DNA of 64,000 bases from Candidatus Woesearchaeota archaeon (GCA_964437555.1 CAYTHI010000003.1:782-64781), one strand, 5' to 3'. Shown: positions 16,475-27,145, counted from the stretch's first letter. Translations and numbers: made by a program. Notes: generated from the letters alone by a model not told the origin.

Positions 16475-16957
16475 ATGAAAAAGAGTGTTTTATTAGCTCT
16501 TATCTTTCTTTCTTTTATTCCTGTGAGTTTCGCTGATGAGATAATGAATGTGAATGTTGACATTGTTGTTCCGCAGGATATTGTTGAAATAGAAGTTCCT
16601 GATTATGTTGACCTTGGCGAGATAAACTGGACTTATGAGAGTAGGACTAACCCGACTTCAAATGATAAGATTTATATTAACAATACAGGAACTGTTAATG
16701 TGAGTGTAACTCCTGAACTTAAAAACCCTGATGAAATTTATGAATTTCTTCATTTTACAAAAAGATTAAGCGGCGAGAATTTTAACTGGACTCAAATAGG
16801 AGATTGGAGCATATTTATTCCAAGATCTGATGAATTGGGGGGATATGAGGATGATTACTTTTATATGAGACTGGATTTGACGGATTTTACCGGAAATATT
16901 AATCAGAGCCTTATTGATTATGATACTGACGTGTTATTTGTTGCAGTGGGAGAATGA
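16475..16957 (+). CDS. secreted protein (Sec signal peptide), hypothetical
   Basis: MKKSVLLALIFLSFIPVSFA signal peptide. First gene of a four-gene coupled surface cluster. Confidence 0.5.
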   Translation: MKKSVLLALIFLSFIPVSFADEIMNVNVDIVVPQDIVEIEVPDYVDLGEINWTYESRTNPTSNDKIYINNTGTVNVSVTPELKNPDEIYEFLHFTKRLSGENFNWTQIGDWSIFIPRSDELGGYEDDYFYMRLDLTDFTGNINQSLIDYDTDVLFVAVGE

Positions 16958-17541
16958 AAGTAGCTGTCTTATTTTTTGTTTTAATCTTTTTATTAAATTT
17001 TTTCATCGTTGACGGACTTAAAATAGGAATAAGTCCTTCTCAGGTTGAATTGCATGCTGATGAAAGCATGGATGCATGTGTGAATTTTACTTTATCTTCT
17101 GACAGAGATGTAGAATTTGATATAAGCTCTTTTTGGAGTGATTCAGATTCCAGAAAACTCGGAGATTATATATTATATCCTGCTGAGAAAGGCATAAGCT
17201 TTTCTTATAATTCATTGAATAGGTCAGGAGATAAAAGCAATTATCAAATGTGTTTGATAGGAGTCAAGGCAGGGGAATATTACGGAGTTTTGCTCGCAAA
17301 AGTTCTTGCAAAGAATGCTGCTGTCGGTATGTGGGTAGATTTTGAGGTTAAGGGCGAAAATGTGTTTGAGCGTTTAAGCGACAAGATTACAGGAGATGTT
17401 TTGGTCCTGAACGGAGCTCCTAAAGATGGGAAAAACTTTGCATATCCGGATTTACTTTTGCTCTTTAGCATTTTTCTTTCTTTTGTATTTCTTGTCCTTA
17501 TTCTAATGCTTGTTTTTAAGAGAACTAAAAATAAAATATGA
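16954..17541 (+). CDS. surface protein with N-terminal signal and C-terminal TM anchor, hypothetical
   Basis: N-terminal hydrophobic segment. C-terminal LLLLFSIFLSFVFLVLILMLVFKRTKNK anchor. ATGA overlap with upstream gene. Confidence 0.5.
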   Translation: MKVAVLFFVLIFLLNFFIVDGLKIGISPSQVELHADESMDACVNFTLSSDRDVEFDISSFWSDSDSRKLGDYILYPAEKGISFSYNSLNRSGDKSNYQMCLIGVKAGEYYGVLLAKVLAKNAAVGMWVDFEVKGENVFERLSDKITGDVLVLNGAPKDGKNFAYPDLLLLFSIFLSFVFLVLILMLVFKRTKNKI

Positions 17542-17592
17542 CTGACGAACATATCTGATAAACCTTATATATCCTTATTGGCTGATTAAATA

Positions 17593-19467
17593 ATGCTGAA
17601 TAAAAGAGGGCAGGTCGCTATTTTTATCATAATTGCGATAATTATTGTAGGAGGAATAGTTTTATTTGTTTCATTCAGGGATGTTATTTTCGGAACGAGC
17701 ATTCCTGCTGAATTACAGCCGGTTTTTAATGCGTATCAGGCCTGCATTAATGAAGAAACTGAAAGAGGACTTAATTTATTAGCTAATCAGGGAGGAAGAA
17801 TAAATATTGATGAATCTGACTTAGGGAATGATTATTCGCCCTTTACAAAAAATCTTAATTTTTACGGAGTTTCTGTTCCTTATTGGTATAGACTTGACGA
17901 GAAAGGGTTCATTGAAGAGAACATCCCCGCGAGAGGAGACATGGAAGAAGAGCTTGCGCAGCTTATTGAAGAAAATCTGAATGATTGTGATTTATCTTCT
18001 TATTATGAGCAGGGATTTTATATTGATTTGCCTGATGAAATCTCTTCGTCAGTCAGCATTTCAAATAATAAAGTGGAAGTTTCTGTGGATGCTGGCTTAA
18101 GCGTATCAAAAAAAGATATTTCTGCTGTAAAAGGCAAATATGATTTAGAAACGCAAAGCAGGCTTGGAGAGTTTTATGATGCGGCAAGAAAACTTTATGA
18201 TTATGAAGCTGAGACAAATTTTGCAGAAGAATATTCTATAGATGTCATCAGATTGTATGCTCCTGTTGATGGGGTTGAAGTCCAGTGCAGCCCGAAAATC
18301 TGGAAGACAGGAGAAGAGATTGATGCTGTTAAGGAAGGATTGGAGTCAAATATAGCTGCGATAAAGTTTCAGGGGGACGATTTTACTCTGGGGAGTAAAG
18401 ATAACAAATATTTTGTTGTTGACGCAAATACAAAGGTTCCTGCCAGATTAATTTATTCCAAGGAATGGCCCAGCGTTTTTGAGATAAGCGGCGATAAAGT
18501 AACTAATGAACTGATGATTGCAGAAGCTATTGGAAATCAGCAGGGGCTTGGAGTGATGGGCTTTTGCTATGTTCCCTATCATTTTGTATATGACATGAGG
18601 TTTCCGGTTATGTTTCAAGTAGGGGACGGGGTTGATTTATTCCAGTTTCCTGTTACTGTGATTGTAGATAATAATCTGGCTAAGAAAGCTGAATTGCCGC
18701 AAATAAATTACCAGGAACCTAAATTCAGGATGTGCGATTTCAAGGAAGCAGAAGCCGAGATTCACACTTATGATGAAGAGCTTAATCCTGTTGAAGCAGA
18801 TGTAAGCTTTGAATGCCTTGAAGAATCATGCGATTTAGGAAGAACAGAAATCAAGAATGGAGATGCTGTTTTTGAAGGCAGTATTCCTATCTGTGTAAAT
18901 GGAAAAATAGTTGCCAAAGCAGAAGGATTTTCTGATGCAAGACAAACGTTTTCCTCAAATAGCGAAAGTGTTGCAAATGTAATCATGGAGAAAGAATATG
19001 AAGTTGGAGTTAATGTTATGGTTGCAGGAGGGGGCATGAAGGAAGGCGAGCAAGCAGTTATTTACTTTGAAAATGATGAAGGCGGCAGAAGCGCTGTTAT
19101 TCCAGGAAATGAGAAAGTCAAGCTTAAGGAAGGGCAATACAAAATTAAGGTTTATGTTTACGGGAATTCCGGAATTACAATCCCTGCTTCAAGCAAGAGG
19201 CAGTGCATTGATGCTGCCAGAGGGGGCTTTGCAGGATTTTTCGGAGCGACAAAAGAGGAATGCTTTAATATTGATATTCCTGAGACAAAGATTGATTATG
19301 CTCTTAAAGGCGGAGGGCAAGAGGAAAGTTATATCCTTAAAGATGAATTGATTTCAGAAGAGATAAATTTGGAAGTTCAGGAATTGCCTTCGCCTGATTC
19401 TTTGGAGCAATTGCAGTACAATTATGAGCTTTTCAACAGCATGGGGGTTGGAATATCATTCAGATGA
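17593..19467 (+). CDS. large pilin-like surface protein with class III (type IV pilin-like) signal peptide
   Basis: MLNKRGQVAIFIIIAIIIVGGIVLFV fits a basic-Gly cleavage motif with Gln at +1 followed by a hydrophobic stretch, as in archaeal prepilin-peptidase substrates. 624 aa. Confidence 0.5.
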   Translation: MLNKRGQVAIFIIIAIIIVGGIVLFVSFRDVIFGTSIPAELQPVFNAYQACINEETERGLNLLANQGGRINIDESDLGNDYSPFTKNLNFYGVSVPYWYRLDEKGFIEENIPARGDMEEELAQLIEENLNDCDLSSYYEQGFYIDLPDEISSSVSISNNKVEVSVDAGLSVSKKDISAVKGKYDLETQSRLGEFYDAARKLYDYEAETNFAEEYSIDVIRLYAPVDGVEVQCSPKIWKTGEEIDAVKEGLESNIAAIKFQGDDFTLGSKDNKYFVVDANTKVPARLIYSKEWPSVFEISGDKVTNELMIAEAIGNQQGLGVMGFCYVPYHFVYDMRFPVMFQVGDGVDLFQFPVTVIVDNNLAKKAELPQINYQEPKFRMCDFKEAEAEIHTYDEELNPVEADVSFECLEESCDLGRTEIKNGDAVFEGSIPICVNGKIVAKAEGFSDARQTFSSNSESVANVIMEKEYEVGVNVMVAGGGMKEGEQAVIYFENDEGGRSAVIPGNEKVKLKEGQYKIKVYVYGNSGITIPASSKRQCIDAARGGFAGFFGATKEECFNIDIPETKIDYALKGGGQEESYILKDELISEEINLEVQELPSPDSLEQLQYNYELFNSMGVGISFR

Positions 19468-22400
19468 GAAAAATAATATTATCTTTCTTTTTTGTATCTT
19501 TACTTGGCTTGGTTTTTGTTGGTTTAGCAGGCGCGCAGACAGCTACTTTTGTAAATCATGTTTCTCCTGATTTCAGGCAATATTATTCTGCTGAGGAAAG
19601 GCTTGGGCAGTATTATCCTATTTTCTCCCAGGAAGATGAATTTTGCAGAAACAGGCAGGATATAATATTACAAGTTGCTCCGGCGGGATGCCAGCCGACT
19701 GTTGTAAGAAGTGATTTGCTTGCTGAGCAAAATGTTCCTGTTTTCTGCCAACTGCAGGCAATACAGGCAAATCCGTTGGTTGATATAAAGCAGATAAGAA
19801 ATATAAGATTCAGCGGCAGATATCCTGCTGAAATTTCAGGAACAGGTTTTCATCCTGCTAAAGCTGCATTAAGGACAGGAAATGTTTTGCTGGGAAATCC
19901 TGTTTTAAATGATGTAGGATATGTTGTAGTTGTATTGAAGAAAAATCCGAATGAAAAAGAATTGCCTGATTTTGTCAATGCAACCCTTACTGCTAATTTA
20001 GATTATTATGCCGGCAATGCTTTTGGGATAGGCTCAAGCGAATTACTTTTGCAGGTAGTTGATGATAGTAAATGGAATTCCGTGAGAAACAAGCAGAGCT
20101 TTTTGAACGGCGAATATTTCTTCAGATTAGAAGACGCCGAGCCGGAATTTGCGATTGTTTCTGTTTATCATCAGGACAGAAAAATTAATACAGTAAGAAT
20201 AAGCAGAGCAGAGGCATCAGAAAAGATTTATCTTCCCGGCTTGTACTGCGGAGGAGAGCTTAGATTAAAGTATGACGGATTTGTTTCTCCTGAAAATATT
20301 GCAAGATTAAAAGTTGGAGACGATGAAATTGAGGTTTATGAAGGCAGCAGTTTTCTTAATAATAAATGTGTTGTCAGAGACATTAGATTTACCAGCAATA
20401 GCGAAGGAAGTGTTGATGTTGTCTGCGGAACAGAAAGATTCAGCTTAAGCATAAATCCCGAAAGGCTGAATACGGGAGATTTAGTCAAGTTTGCTGATAA
20501 GGCAGAGAGCGCAGAACTTTGGAGTGTTGTTGGTTTTGAAGAAAATTCTGACGGGAAGAAAATAAGAATTACTAATTTAGCAGGAACAGAAAGCAGAACT
20601 ATTTCTTATTCAGAAATTGTTCCTGCTGATGAAGGCAGGCTTTATGAGGCAGTATATAATGCAGGCATTGAGGATTACATAAAGCAATCTATTGACAGCT
20701 ACGAGAGAACAGCCGTTGATTATTCAGCTGAAAAAGACAACTCCGGATTTTACGGGGAGAGAGCTCTTGAAAAGGGAATTGAATTTGCTGATAATACAAA
20801 CAAAGAAGTTACAGAAGCAAGATTAATCAATCTGCTCTTGGAGCAATACCCTTCTGCAAATAACTTTTCAAAATACAGCGACAAGCTTAACAGGATGTAC
20901 AGCATTAATTCTGACAAGGCAGTTGCGGTTGTGGATATTGATAATGATTATAAGACAATAAAATTAATTGGCTTTAGAGCGCCGGAGAAAAAATCTACGG
21001 CAACCATTGCATGGGGCGGAGAAAGATTCAGCGTTGAGCAGGGAAACAGCACTTCAGTCTCTCTTGGAAATCTGACTCTGAACAGGATTGAAAGAACAGG
21101 AATCAGCATTTCAGTTAAATGCTTGGATAAGGATTTAAGCGGAGGCAATTTCAATGTTAAAGTTGATGAAACTCAAAGAGGTGTTTGCGGAAGGGATTTG
21201 TCAATTGTAAATCTGAATATAGAAGATTTTGCCAGGATAAAAGTTGAGCCTGCAACAAGAACAACAGGACAGACAAACATAAGTATCAATATTGGAATTG
21301 AAAAAAGAGCGATACAGCTTTCTCCTGAGAAGGCGAGAGAGAAAATAGAAAATTTGAATAAAACCATTGAAAAATGGGAATCTGTTTCTAATAGCCTTGG
21401 AAATGTTGTAACAGGATTGAAGGCGGCGTGCTTTGCAACTTCAGGAATTCTGACTGCAAAGAATTTTCTTACAGGATTAAGCGGAGAAGCTTTGGCAAGG
21501 CAAAAAGTTATGAGAGACAGAGGAGGCTGGACAGACAGATGCACTAATGCTGTAAGCAGAGGAGAGTATTCAAGTATGGATGAATGTTTCAGGCAGAATG
21601 CAGGAGCCATTAGCGGCGATGTAAAATCAATGACAGAGGCGTTGAATCAGGTCAATGACAGGATTAAAGGAATACAGGGAGATTATGTCAAGCCCGCAGG
21701 AATTTTTGGAGAGACAATTACAGTTGATACAGACGGATTAAAACAAACCAACTTAGATTATATAAAACAGACTTATGGAAATTCTAATATAGAAAGCACG
21801 ACATCTAGCAATCAGCAGCTTGTTCTTGGTGATGTCATAGGGAGATTGCAAAGTGCTGATTCTCTTTCTCTTGATAAAATGAGTGATATTGAACTTTATG
21901 CAAAGCTGATTGATAATCAGGGAATAAGCAATGAGCAGAAAGAATTGTACAAGCAGAGACTTGGTTTTATTCTTGAGGATGTTGAAAAAAGGAATACAGC
22001 AGATAGCGAAAGAACGAGCTTTGAGACAGATACAGGATTTAAGGCGTATATTCCAAGCTATTCAAAGTCGGGAGAATATTATGGAAATGTTTATTCATCG
22101 GGAAAGATAAATTTAGGAAGCGGAGTTGATATTGAGGCGAATTCTCCTATCCAAGCTGTTCAGGGCAATGATGGAGCACAGTATTTGTTTGTTCTAAATG
22201 AGTTAAAGAATCAGGATGGGCAGACAATCTATTCTTATGACAGAAATAAAATTTATAAACTGACTGATAATAATGGCTGGACAGCCAATGCATTGCCTGC
22301 AACTTTTGATGTTGACAAAAGCATTGGAAGTTTTTCCACTTTCAGGAGCTTGAATGCGGGAAGTTATAATTATGCTTTTGCGCAGGGAGAGGCTGTTGTG

Positions 22401-24833
22401 AAATATTATGAAAGAGAGCCATTTAAGGGAATGCCTGCAATGGTGCCAGTAGATGTTGAGTCCGGGTTTTATGCTGCGACAGAGCAAACATTGCCAGGAT
22501 TTGGAAATATAAAAGCATTTGAATCTTCAGGAAGAATAGTAGGATTTTATGTTTGTAATGTTATGGAAGACAAGAGAGTTGGATTTTTCTCTCCAGGATT
22601 TGGAGATGACAGATGCATTAGATTTGATTTAACAACAGGGCAGCCTTTAGATGTATTCCCGGGGTTAGATAGTAGTAAGGCAAAAAGATTAGTTGAGAAG
22701 GCAATTCAGGCATTAAATGAAGCCGCAAGGCAGTATGGAAAAAGCCAGGTTACTATTCTTGGAAAAGTTTTCCAGACAGGAGCGCCTGCTGCATCTTCTC
22801 CTGCAACGCAATGCCAGGATTTCATGTCCCCTGAAGACTGCCAGTTGCTTTTCAATGTTTGCGATCCTGTGATATGCCCTACTTCAAGATGTGATTTTGG
22901 AGGGCAATACCCTGTTGATAATGTAATACAATCAGGAATTGTTGGAAGTGCTTTATTATGCCTTCCTAATGCTAAAGAAGGAATTGTTGTTCCTGTCTGC
23001 CTGTCGGGAATAAAAGCAGGAGTGGATGGGTATTTATCTATATTGAAATCTCATCAGGCATGTTTGCAGGAAAATATTGATACGGGAAATACTGTTGGTG
23101 TATGTGATTTAATCACTTCTGTTTATGCTTGTGAATTTTTCTGGAGACAGGCAGCTCCTCTTGCTAATGTTTTATTGCCTAAGATAGTTGAGTTTGCTTA
23201 TACAGGAGGACAGGGGCAAGTCAGAGGAGGAGGAGAATATTTGACTGTTCAATCTGCTTGGAAGAATACGCAGGATTCAATAGACTATTTCACTAATTAT
23301 TATGCCAAGAATTCTTTTGATTCTTTCAGAGCAAGAAGTATTGAGGAGGCGGGAACTCCTTTCTGCAAGGCATTTGTTTCTGCTAAGTCACCGACGTCGT
23401 TTGATACGTTATTAGCGCCAGATTCACCGGCGCAATATCATGCATGGTTTAGAGAGACAATTTATAGTGATGCAACTGTTCCTTCCACATCGCAGTATAA
23501 ATTATTTTATCATATCTTTGCAGGAAACGACAGAGGGGCTGTTTTCAGTGTTTATTTGAAGGAGCCCCCGGAAAGCTCTTATTACAGGACAACGCCGCAA
23601 ATAATTGTAGCTTCCGGATTTGTTGCAAGAGGGCAGGCAGTCAGCGAAACAAAAGACTTCACTGCTCCTTCTGGATACAAACAGCTTTGCATAAGAGTGA
23701 ATGACCAGGAAGAATGCGGATTCAAGCAGGTTTCAACGAGCTTTGCAGTTGACTATTTGAAAGACCAGTTTGTAAAAGATGAATTGGGAAGGACAGACAT
23801 TAAGACTGAAGCTGAATGCATTTCAGGAAGTGTTAATCCCGGTGCTTTGCTGAATCCTAATATACAGGAGGCAGCACAGGAAGCAATTGACCCTGCTGTC
23901 TATAAAAGAGGGATTGTAAGGATTTGCTCTACTGAAAATCCCGGGCTTTCAACTGATTCTGCAAGATTCAAGGAAGTTGGATTCTGCGGCGATGAGAAAC
24001 TTGTTTGCTGGCTTGATACCAATAGTGTTGATACAGCATTAAGTGATAGCATTCCTGCGGATATAAAAGCAGGCATAAATAATCAGACGCTTTCTGAATT
24101 AGGGGGAGAAGCAGATAAAATATTGCAGGAAAATGGATTTGTTTTGAATGCAGAAGCTTTGTTAAAGATAGATAAGATTGTAACAGAAATAGATAAGTTA
24201 GTAGGAAAAGGAAGTGAATTAAAGAATCAGCAATCACTTGCATCTGATTATTCACAGAAAGCTGTTTCTATTGAGTCAGATATAGAAGACTTAATGAGAA
24301 ACTTATTTTTTGACAGAGATAAAGCTGCTTTATTGATTGAAAGAGGCAGACTTTATGAAGGGCTTGCAAGAATATTGATCGGGCCTGATTTTAAAGGTGA
24401 TTTTAAAGGATTAGGAAAGGCGAGCCACACAGAATGCAGAGAGCAAATGTGCTATTCTGTGGAAGGGCCTGGAGATGATGAATGCAATGTTGATGAGGAT
24501 TGTGCTAGTATAACAGGAAATAGTAATGGAGGGACAGGTCAAGAAGCAGCAGGAACAGCAGAGCAATCTTTAAGCATTAAGGATGGCATTTTGCACGGAA
24601 AGGAAGGAAGTTTTCTTTATACTGATAATGTGATTAGTCCTATTTATTTTGTTGGCACAAGAGTTTTCGTTGTACTTTCAGACAGAGCTATTTTAATAGG
24701 AGACATTAGTGAAGGAAAAATTGTTATCAATAGCAATCAGGTTAGTGATGCGCAGGAAAGAGGTTTTATTGATGAAAGTGTTTCTGCCCTTACGAGCAAA
24801 ATTGACGGGAAAGATTTTGACGGATTTTTTTAA
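19464..24833 (+). CDS. giant (1789 aa) Cys-rich secreted/cell-surface protein
   Basis: Sec signal MRKIILSFFFVSLLGLVFVGLAGAQT. Many Cys pairs. ATGA overlap with the upstream pilin-like gene. Uninterrupted 5.4-kb ORF. Confidence 0.7.
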   Translation: MRKIILSFFFVSLLGLVFVGLAGAQTATFVNHVSPDFRQYYSAEERLGQYYPIFSQEDEFCRNRQDIILQVAPAGCQPTVVRSDLLAEQNVPVFCQLQAIQANPLVDIKQIRNIRFSGRYPAEISGTGFHPAKAALRTGNVLLGNPVLNDVGYVVVVLKKNPNEKELPDFVNATLTANLDYYAGNAFGIGSSELLLQVVDDSKWNSVRNKQSFLNGEYFFRLEDAEPEFAIVSVYHQDRKINTVRISRAEASEKIYLPGLYCGGELRLKYDGFVSPENIARLKVGDDEIEVYEGSSFLNNKCVVRDIRFTSNSEGSVDVVCGTERFSLSINPERLNTGDLVKFADKAESAELWSVVGFEENSDGKKIRITNLAGTESRTISYSEIVPADEGRLYEAVYNAGIEDYIKQSIDSYERTAVDYSAEKDNSGFYGERALEKGIEFADNTNKEVTEARLINLLLEQYPSANNFSKYSDKLNRMYSINSDKAVAVVDIDNDYKTIKLIGFRAPEKKSTATIAWGGERFSVEQGNSTSVSLGNLTLNRIERTGISISVKCLDKDLSGGNFNVKVDETQRGVCGRDLSIVNLNIEDFARIKVEPATRTTGQTNISINIGIEKRAIQLSPEKAREKIENLNKTIEKWESVSNSLGNVVTGLKAACFATSGILTAKNFLTGLSGEALARQKVMRDRGGWTDRCTNAVSRGEYSSMDECFRQNAGAISGDVKSMTEALNQVNDRIKGIQGDYVKPAGIFGETITVDTDGLKQTNLDYIKQTYGNSNIESTTSSNQQLVLGDVIGRLQSADSLSLDKMSDIELYAKLIDNQGISNEQKELYKQRLGFILEDVEKRNTADSERTSFETDTGFKAYIPSYSKSGEYYGNVYSSGKINLGSGVDIEANSPIQAVQGNDGAQYLFVLNELKNQDGQTIYSYDRNKIYKLTDNNGWTANALPATFDVDKSIGSFSTFRSLNAGSYNYAFAQGEAVVKYYEREPFKGMPAMVPVDVESGFYAATEQTLPGFGNIKAFESSGRIVGFYVCNVMEDKRVGFFSPGFGDDRCIRFDLTTGQPLDVFPGLDSSKAKRLVEKAIQALNEAARQYGKSQVTILGKVFQTGAPAASSPATQCQDFMSPEDCQLLFNVCDPVICPTSRCDFGGQYPVDNVIQSGIVGSALLCLPNAKEGIVVPVCLSGIKAGVDGYLSILKSHQACLQENIDTGNTVGVCDLITSVYACEFFWRQAAPLANVLLPKIVEFAYTGGQGQVRGGGEYLTVQSAWKNTQDSIDYFTNYYAKNSFDSFRARSIEEAGTPFCKAFVSAKSPTSFDTLLAPDSPAQYHAWFRETIYSDATVPSTSQYKLFYHIFAGNDRGAVFSVYLKEPPESSYYRTTPQIIVASGFVARGQAVSETKDFTAPSGYKQLCIRVNDQEECGFKQVSTSFAVDYLKDQFVKDELGRTDIKTEAECISGSVNPGALLNPNIQEAAQEAIDPAVYKRGIVRICSTENPGLSTDSARFKEVGFCGDEKLVCWLDTNSVDTALSDSIPADIKAGINNQTLSELGGEADKILQENGFVLNAEALLKIDKIVTEIDKLVGKGSELKNQQSLASDYSQKAVSIESDIEDLMRNLFFDRDKAALLIERGRLYEGLARILIGPDFKGDFKGLGKASHTECREQMCYSVEGPGDDECNVDEDCASITGNSNGGTGQEAAGTAEQSLSIKDGILHGKEGSFLYTDNVISPIYFVGTRVFVVLSDRAILIGDISEGKIVINSNQVSDAQERGFIDESVSALTSKIDGKDFDGFF

Positions 24834-24838
24834 CAACA

Positions 24839-24922
24839 TGCGGGAAAGAGGATTCGAACCTCTGTAAGCACTAAGCTACTTGGTCCTAAGCCAAGCCCGT
24901 TTGACCACTCCGGCATTCCCGC
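24839..24922 (-). tRNA. tRNA-Leu (anticodon UAG)
   Basis: Manual fold: acceptor GCGGGAA/TTCCCGC, anticodon stem CTTGG/CCAAG with loop CTTAGGA, long variable arm, T arm AGAGG-TTCGAAT-CCTCT. Confidence 0.85.
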
Positions 24923-24962
24923 TCGTCATTAGTAAAAAAGAGCTGTTTATAAGTATGGCGGT

Positions 24963-25565
24963 TTACTGCTTATTTTTTCTTGCAAGAATAACAGCGAGCA
25001 TTCCAAGCAGACTGACTAGTACTGGGAACCATACCTGCGAAATCCAGGGAACAGGAATTAAGAATAAGATGTCCTGGGTTAATAATGAAGATGGCCAACC
25101 CACAGCGAGCCAAAGCCCGACGTAGTAAAATATATCCCATGCTGCAAATGTCCATAAAAATACGGCAAATCTTTCTTTGGTTGCTTTAACAGATAGTAAA
25201 GCTATAGAAACCAGCATTATTATTGTAGCAATTTCCCTGAATATTTCTATTGCAAATAATGTTTGCGGCAGTTCATTTGATAGACTGAGAGCTTGGGTTT
25301 CTGGATTAAGTCCTATCGCTATCCTAAGATAAATCACAACAGCCGCTTCAACAAATCCGAATGCTGCGCTAAAGATTGCAGTTGTTAGAAGTGTTTGCTT
25401 TTGTATATTTAATTTCTTTTCTTTCCAGAAAAAATATGCGATGAATGGAACCAGAATCAGCAGATTTACCCACCATGGGTGTGCTAATAATTGAAATTCT
25501 TCCATGCTATTATAGAGAATTCTGGTAATTATAATCCTTTTTGTCCAGAGTTCTCTTATGGACAA
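24963..25565 (-). CDS. polytopic membrane protein (hypothetical)
   Basis: Multiple TM segments. True start may be the internal Met (MEEFQ...). Confidence 0.45.
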   Translation of the reverse strand: MSIRELWTKRIIITRILYNSMEEFQLLAHPWWVNLLILVPFIAYFFWKEKKLNIQKQTLLTTAIFSAAFGFVEAAVVIYLRIAIGLNPETQALSLSNELPQTLFAIEIFREIATIIMLVSIALLSVKATKERFAVFLWTFAAWDIFYYVGLWLAVGWPSSLLTQDILFLIPVPWISQVWFPVLVSLLGMLAVILARKNKQ

Positions 25566-25669
25566 TTCTTAAGAATATATCCCAAGTAACAGAATTGTCC
25601 ATAATTATTTAGAAACAATTTAAAGTTAATGATTTCTTTTATTGAAATAAATCTGTTTAGGATGGTAGA

Positions 25670-26599
25670 TTACTCTTTCTTCTTTTTTGATTCAGATTCT
25701 TTCTGTTTTAGCTTATCTTCAATGCCAAGGCGGTCTATCAATTCCTTGTACCTGTTCCTGATTGTTACTTCTGTTATTCCTGCAACATCTGCGACTTCTC
25801 TTTGCGTTTTTTTCTCATCATTCATTAAAGCGGCTACATATAATGCTGCTGCAGCGATTCCTGCAGGACCTCTTCCGCTTGTCAATTCAGAAATGTCTGC
25901 TTTTTTTAATACTTTTAGGGCTTCATTTTGTGTTTTTGGAGACAAATGGAGTATTGAAGAGAATCTTGAGATGTAATCTTTAGGCGATGAAGGACGGACT
26001 TTTATTCCTAATTTCCTTATTATAAACCTGTAAGTTCTTCCTATTTCTTTTCTTGCTACATCTGAAGCTGCTGAAATTTCATCTAATGTTCTTGGAATAT
26101 TATAAGACCTGCAGGCGGCATAAATACAGGCAGCAATTACTGATTCCATGCTTCTTCCTCTTACCAAGCCGCGTTGAAGAACGAAATTGTATACTCTCGC
26201 TGATTCATCTCTAACAACTGAAGGCAGATTGAGGAAAGAGGCAACACGCCTTAATTCAGCCATTGCAAGCCTTAAGTTTCTTTCAATGGATGTTGAAACT
26301 CTTTCCTGCCATTTTTTAAGCCTTAAGAATTTTCTTGTCTGGCCTGCTTCTAATCTGTAAATATCAGAAATCTCTCCGACGTTTGTTGTCAGTCCTTTGT
26401 CAAATTTTTGCATTGACATAGGAGCACCGCCCCTGCTCTTTTTCTCATTCTTGTCAAACTGGCCGCCTGAATCCTGACCTGTATCAACCATTTTTTCTTC
26501 AATAAGAAGACCGCAGTCGTTGCAAATTATTTCTCCTTTCTGGTCGTCGTATGTTAAATCAACGCTTCCGCATTCAGGGCATCTTTTTATATTACTCAT
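25670..26599 (-). CDS. tfb: transcription initiation factor IIB (TFB)
   Basis: N-terminal Zn ribbon CPECGS...CNDCG, two cyclin-like repeats, 309 aa. Confidence 0.95.
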   Translation of the reverse strand: MSNIKRCPECGSVDLTYDDQKGEIICNDCGLLIEEKMVDTGQDSGGQFDKNEKKSRGGAPMSMQKFDKGLTTNVGEISDIYRLEAGQTRKFLRLKKWQERVSTSIERNLRLAMAELRRVASFLNLPSVVRDESARVYNFVLQRGLVRGRSMESVIAACIYAACRSYNIPRTLDEISAASDVARKEIGRTYRFIIRKLGIKVRPSSPKDYISRFSSILHLSPKTQNEALKVLKKADISELTSGRGPAGIAAAALYVAALMNDEKKTQREVADVAGITEVTIRNRYKELIDRLGIEDKLKQKESESKKKKE

Positions 26600-26648
26600 T
26601 TAAGCACCACAAGGTTTAAAAAGAATTAGGTTAGGTAGGGTATTTAAG

Positions 26649-26668
26649 GCTTTCGGAGCCGAAAGCCT
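26649..26668 (-). terminator. perfect 9-bp-stem hairpin ggctttcgg-ag-ccgaaagcc downstream of rps8e
   Basis: Palindrome read directly. Lies between the rps8e stop (26692) and the tfb start (26599). Confidence 0.35.
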
Positions 26669-26691
26669 TTGACTTGCTTTATTTCTGAAAG

Positions 26692-27054
26692 TTATTCCTT
26701 AATTAAGACAGCATTAACATTTCCTTCCCTTGAAGGCCTGTTTGTGATTTTTGCTTTGCCTAAAGATGTTTCAATTATAACGCCTTTCATCAATCTGTTC
26801 TGCCTTGCCATAAACCTGTTTTGAGGAGTCTCCAAGACATTTTTTATCTCTGTTTTTTTTGTTTTTCCATCAATTATTATATTTGCAGTGTTTGCCCTAA
26901 GCATTACATGGATTTTATGCCCCCCCCTGATTCTTTTTGCCTTGGTTTTAGTTTCTCCAAGAGAGAGATGACTTTCCTGCGCCTGCCTGTCAGATGTTTT
27001 TTTCTTTCTTTCCCGATGGTATTTTCCACCGGAAATCTTTCTTCCATTATTCAT
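26692..27054 (-). CDS. rps8e: 30S ribosomal protein S8e (eS8)
   Basis: GRKISGGKYHRERKKK...RIRGGHKIHVMLRANTANI...GNVNAVLI matches the S8e pattern. Confidence 0.85.
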   Translation of the reverse strand: MNNGRKISGGKYHRERKKKTSDRQAQESHLSLGETKTKAKRIRGGHKIHVMLRANTANIIIDGKTKKTEIKNVLETPQNRFMARQNRLMKGVIIETSLGKAKITNRPSREGNVNAVLIKE

Positions 27055-27145
27055 TCTATTTTTTGTTTTAAGAGGTTTAAAAACGTTGCTATGCCTTTGG
27101 TTTTTTCTGTAATATTTTATTTTTCAACATCAAAATGTTTATATA

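Noticed and set aside
20948-24255. Minus-strand ORFs inside the giant surface-protein gene (20948..21154, 21173..21610, 22203..22487, 23968..24255)
   Set aside because: Nested antisense within an uninterrupted 5.4-kb ORF. No motifs.
25629-25983. Plus-strand ORFs overlapping tfb (25629..25976, 25762..25983)
   Set aside because: Antisense to the conserved TFB cyclin repeats. Spurious.
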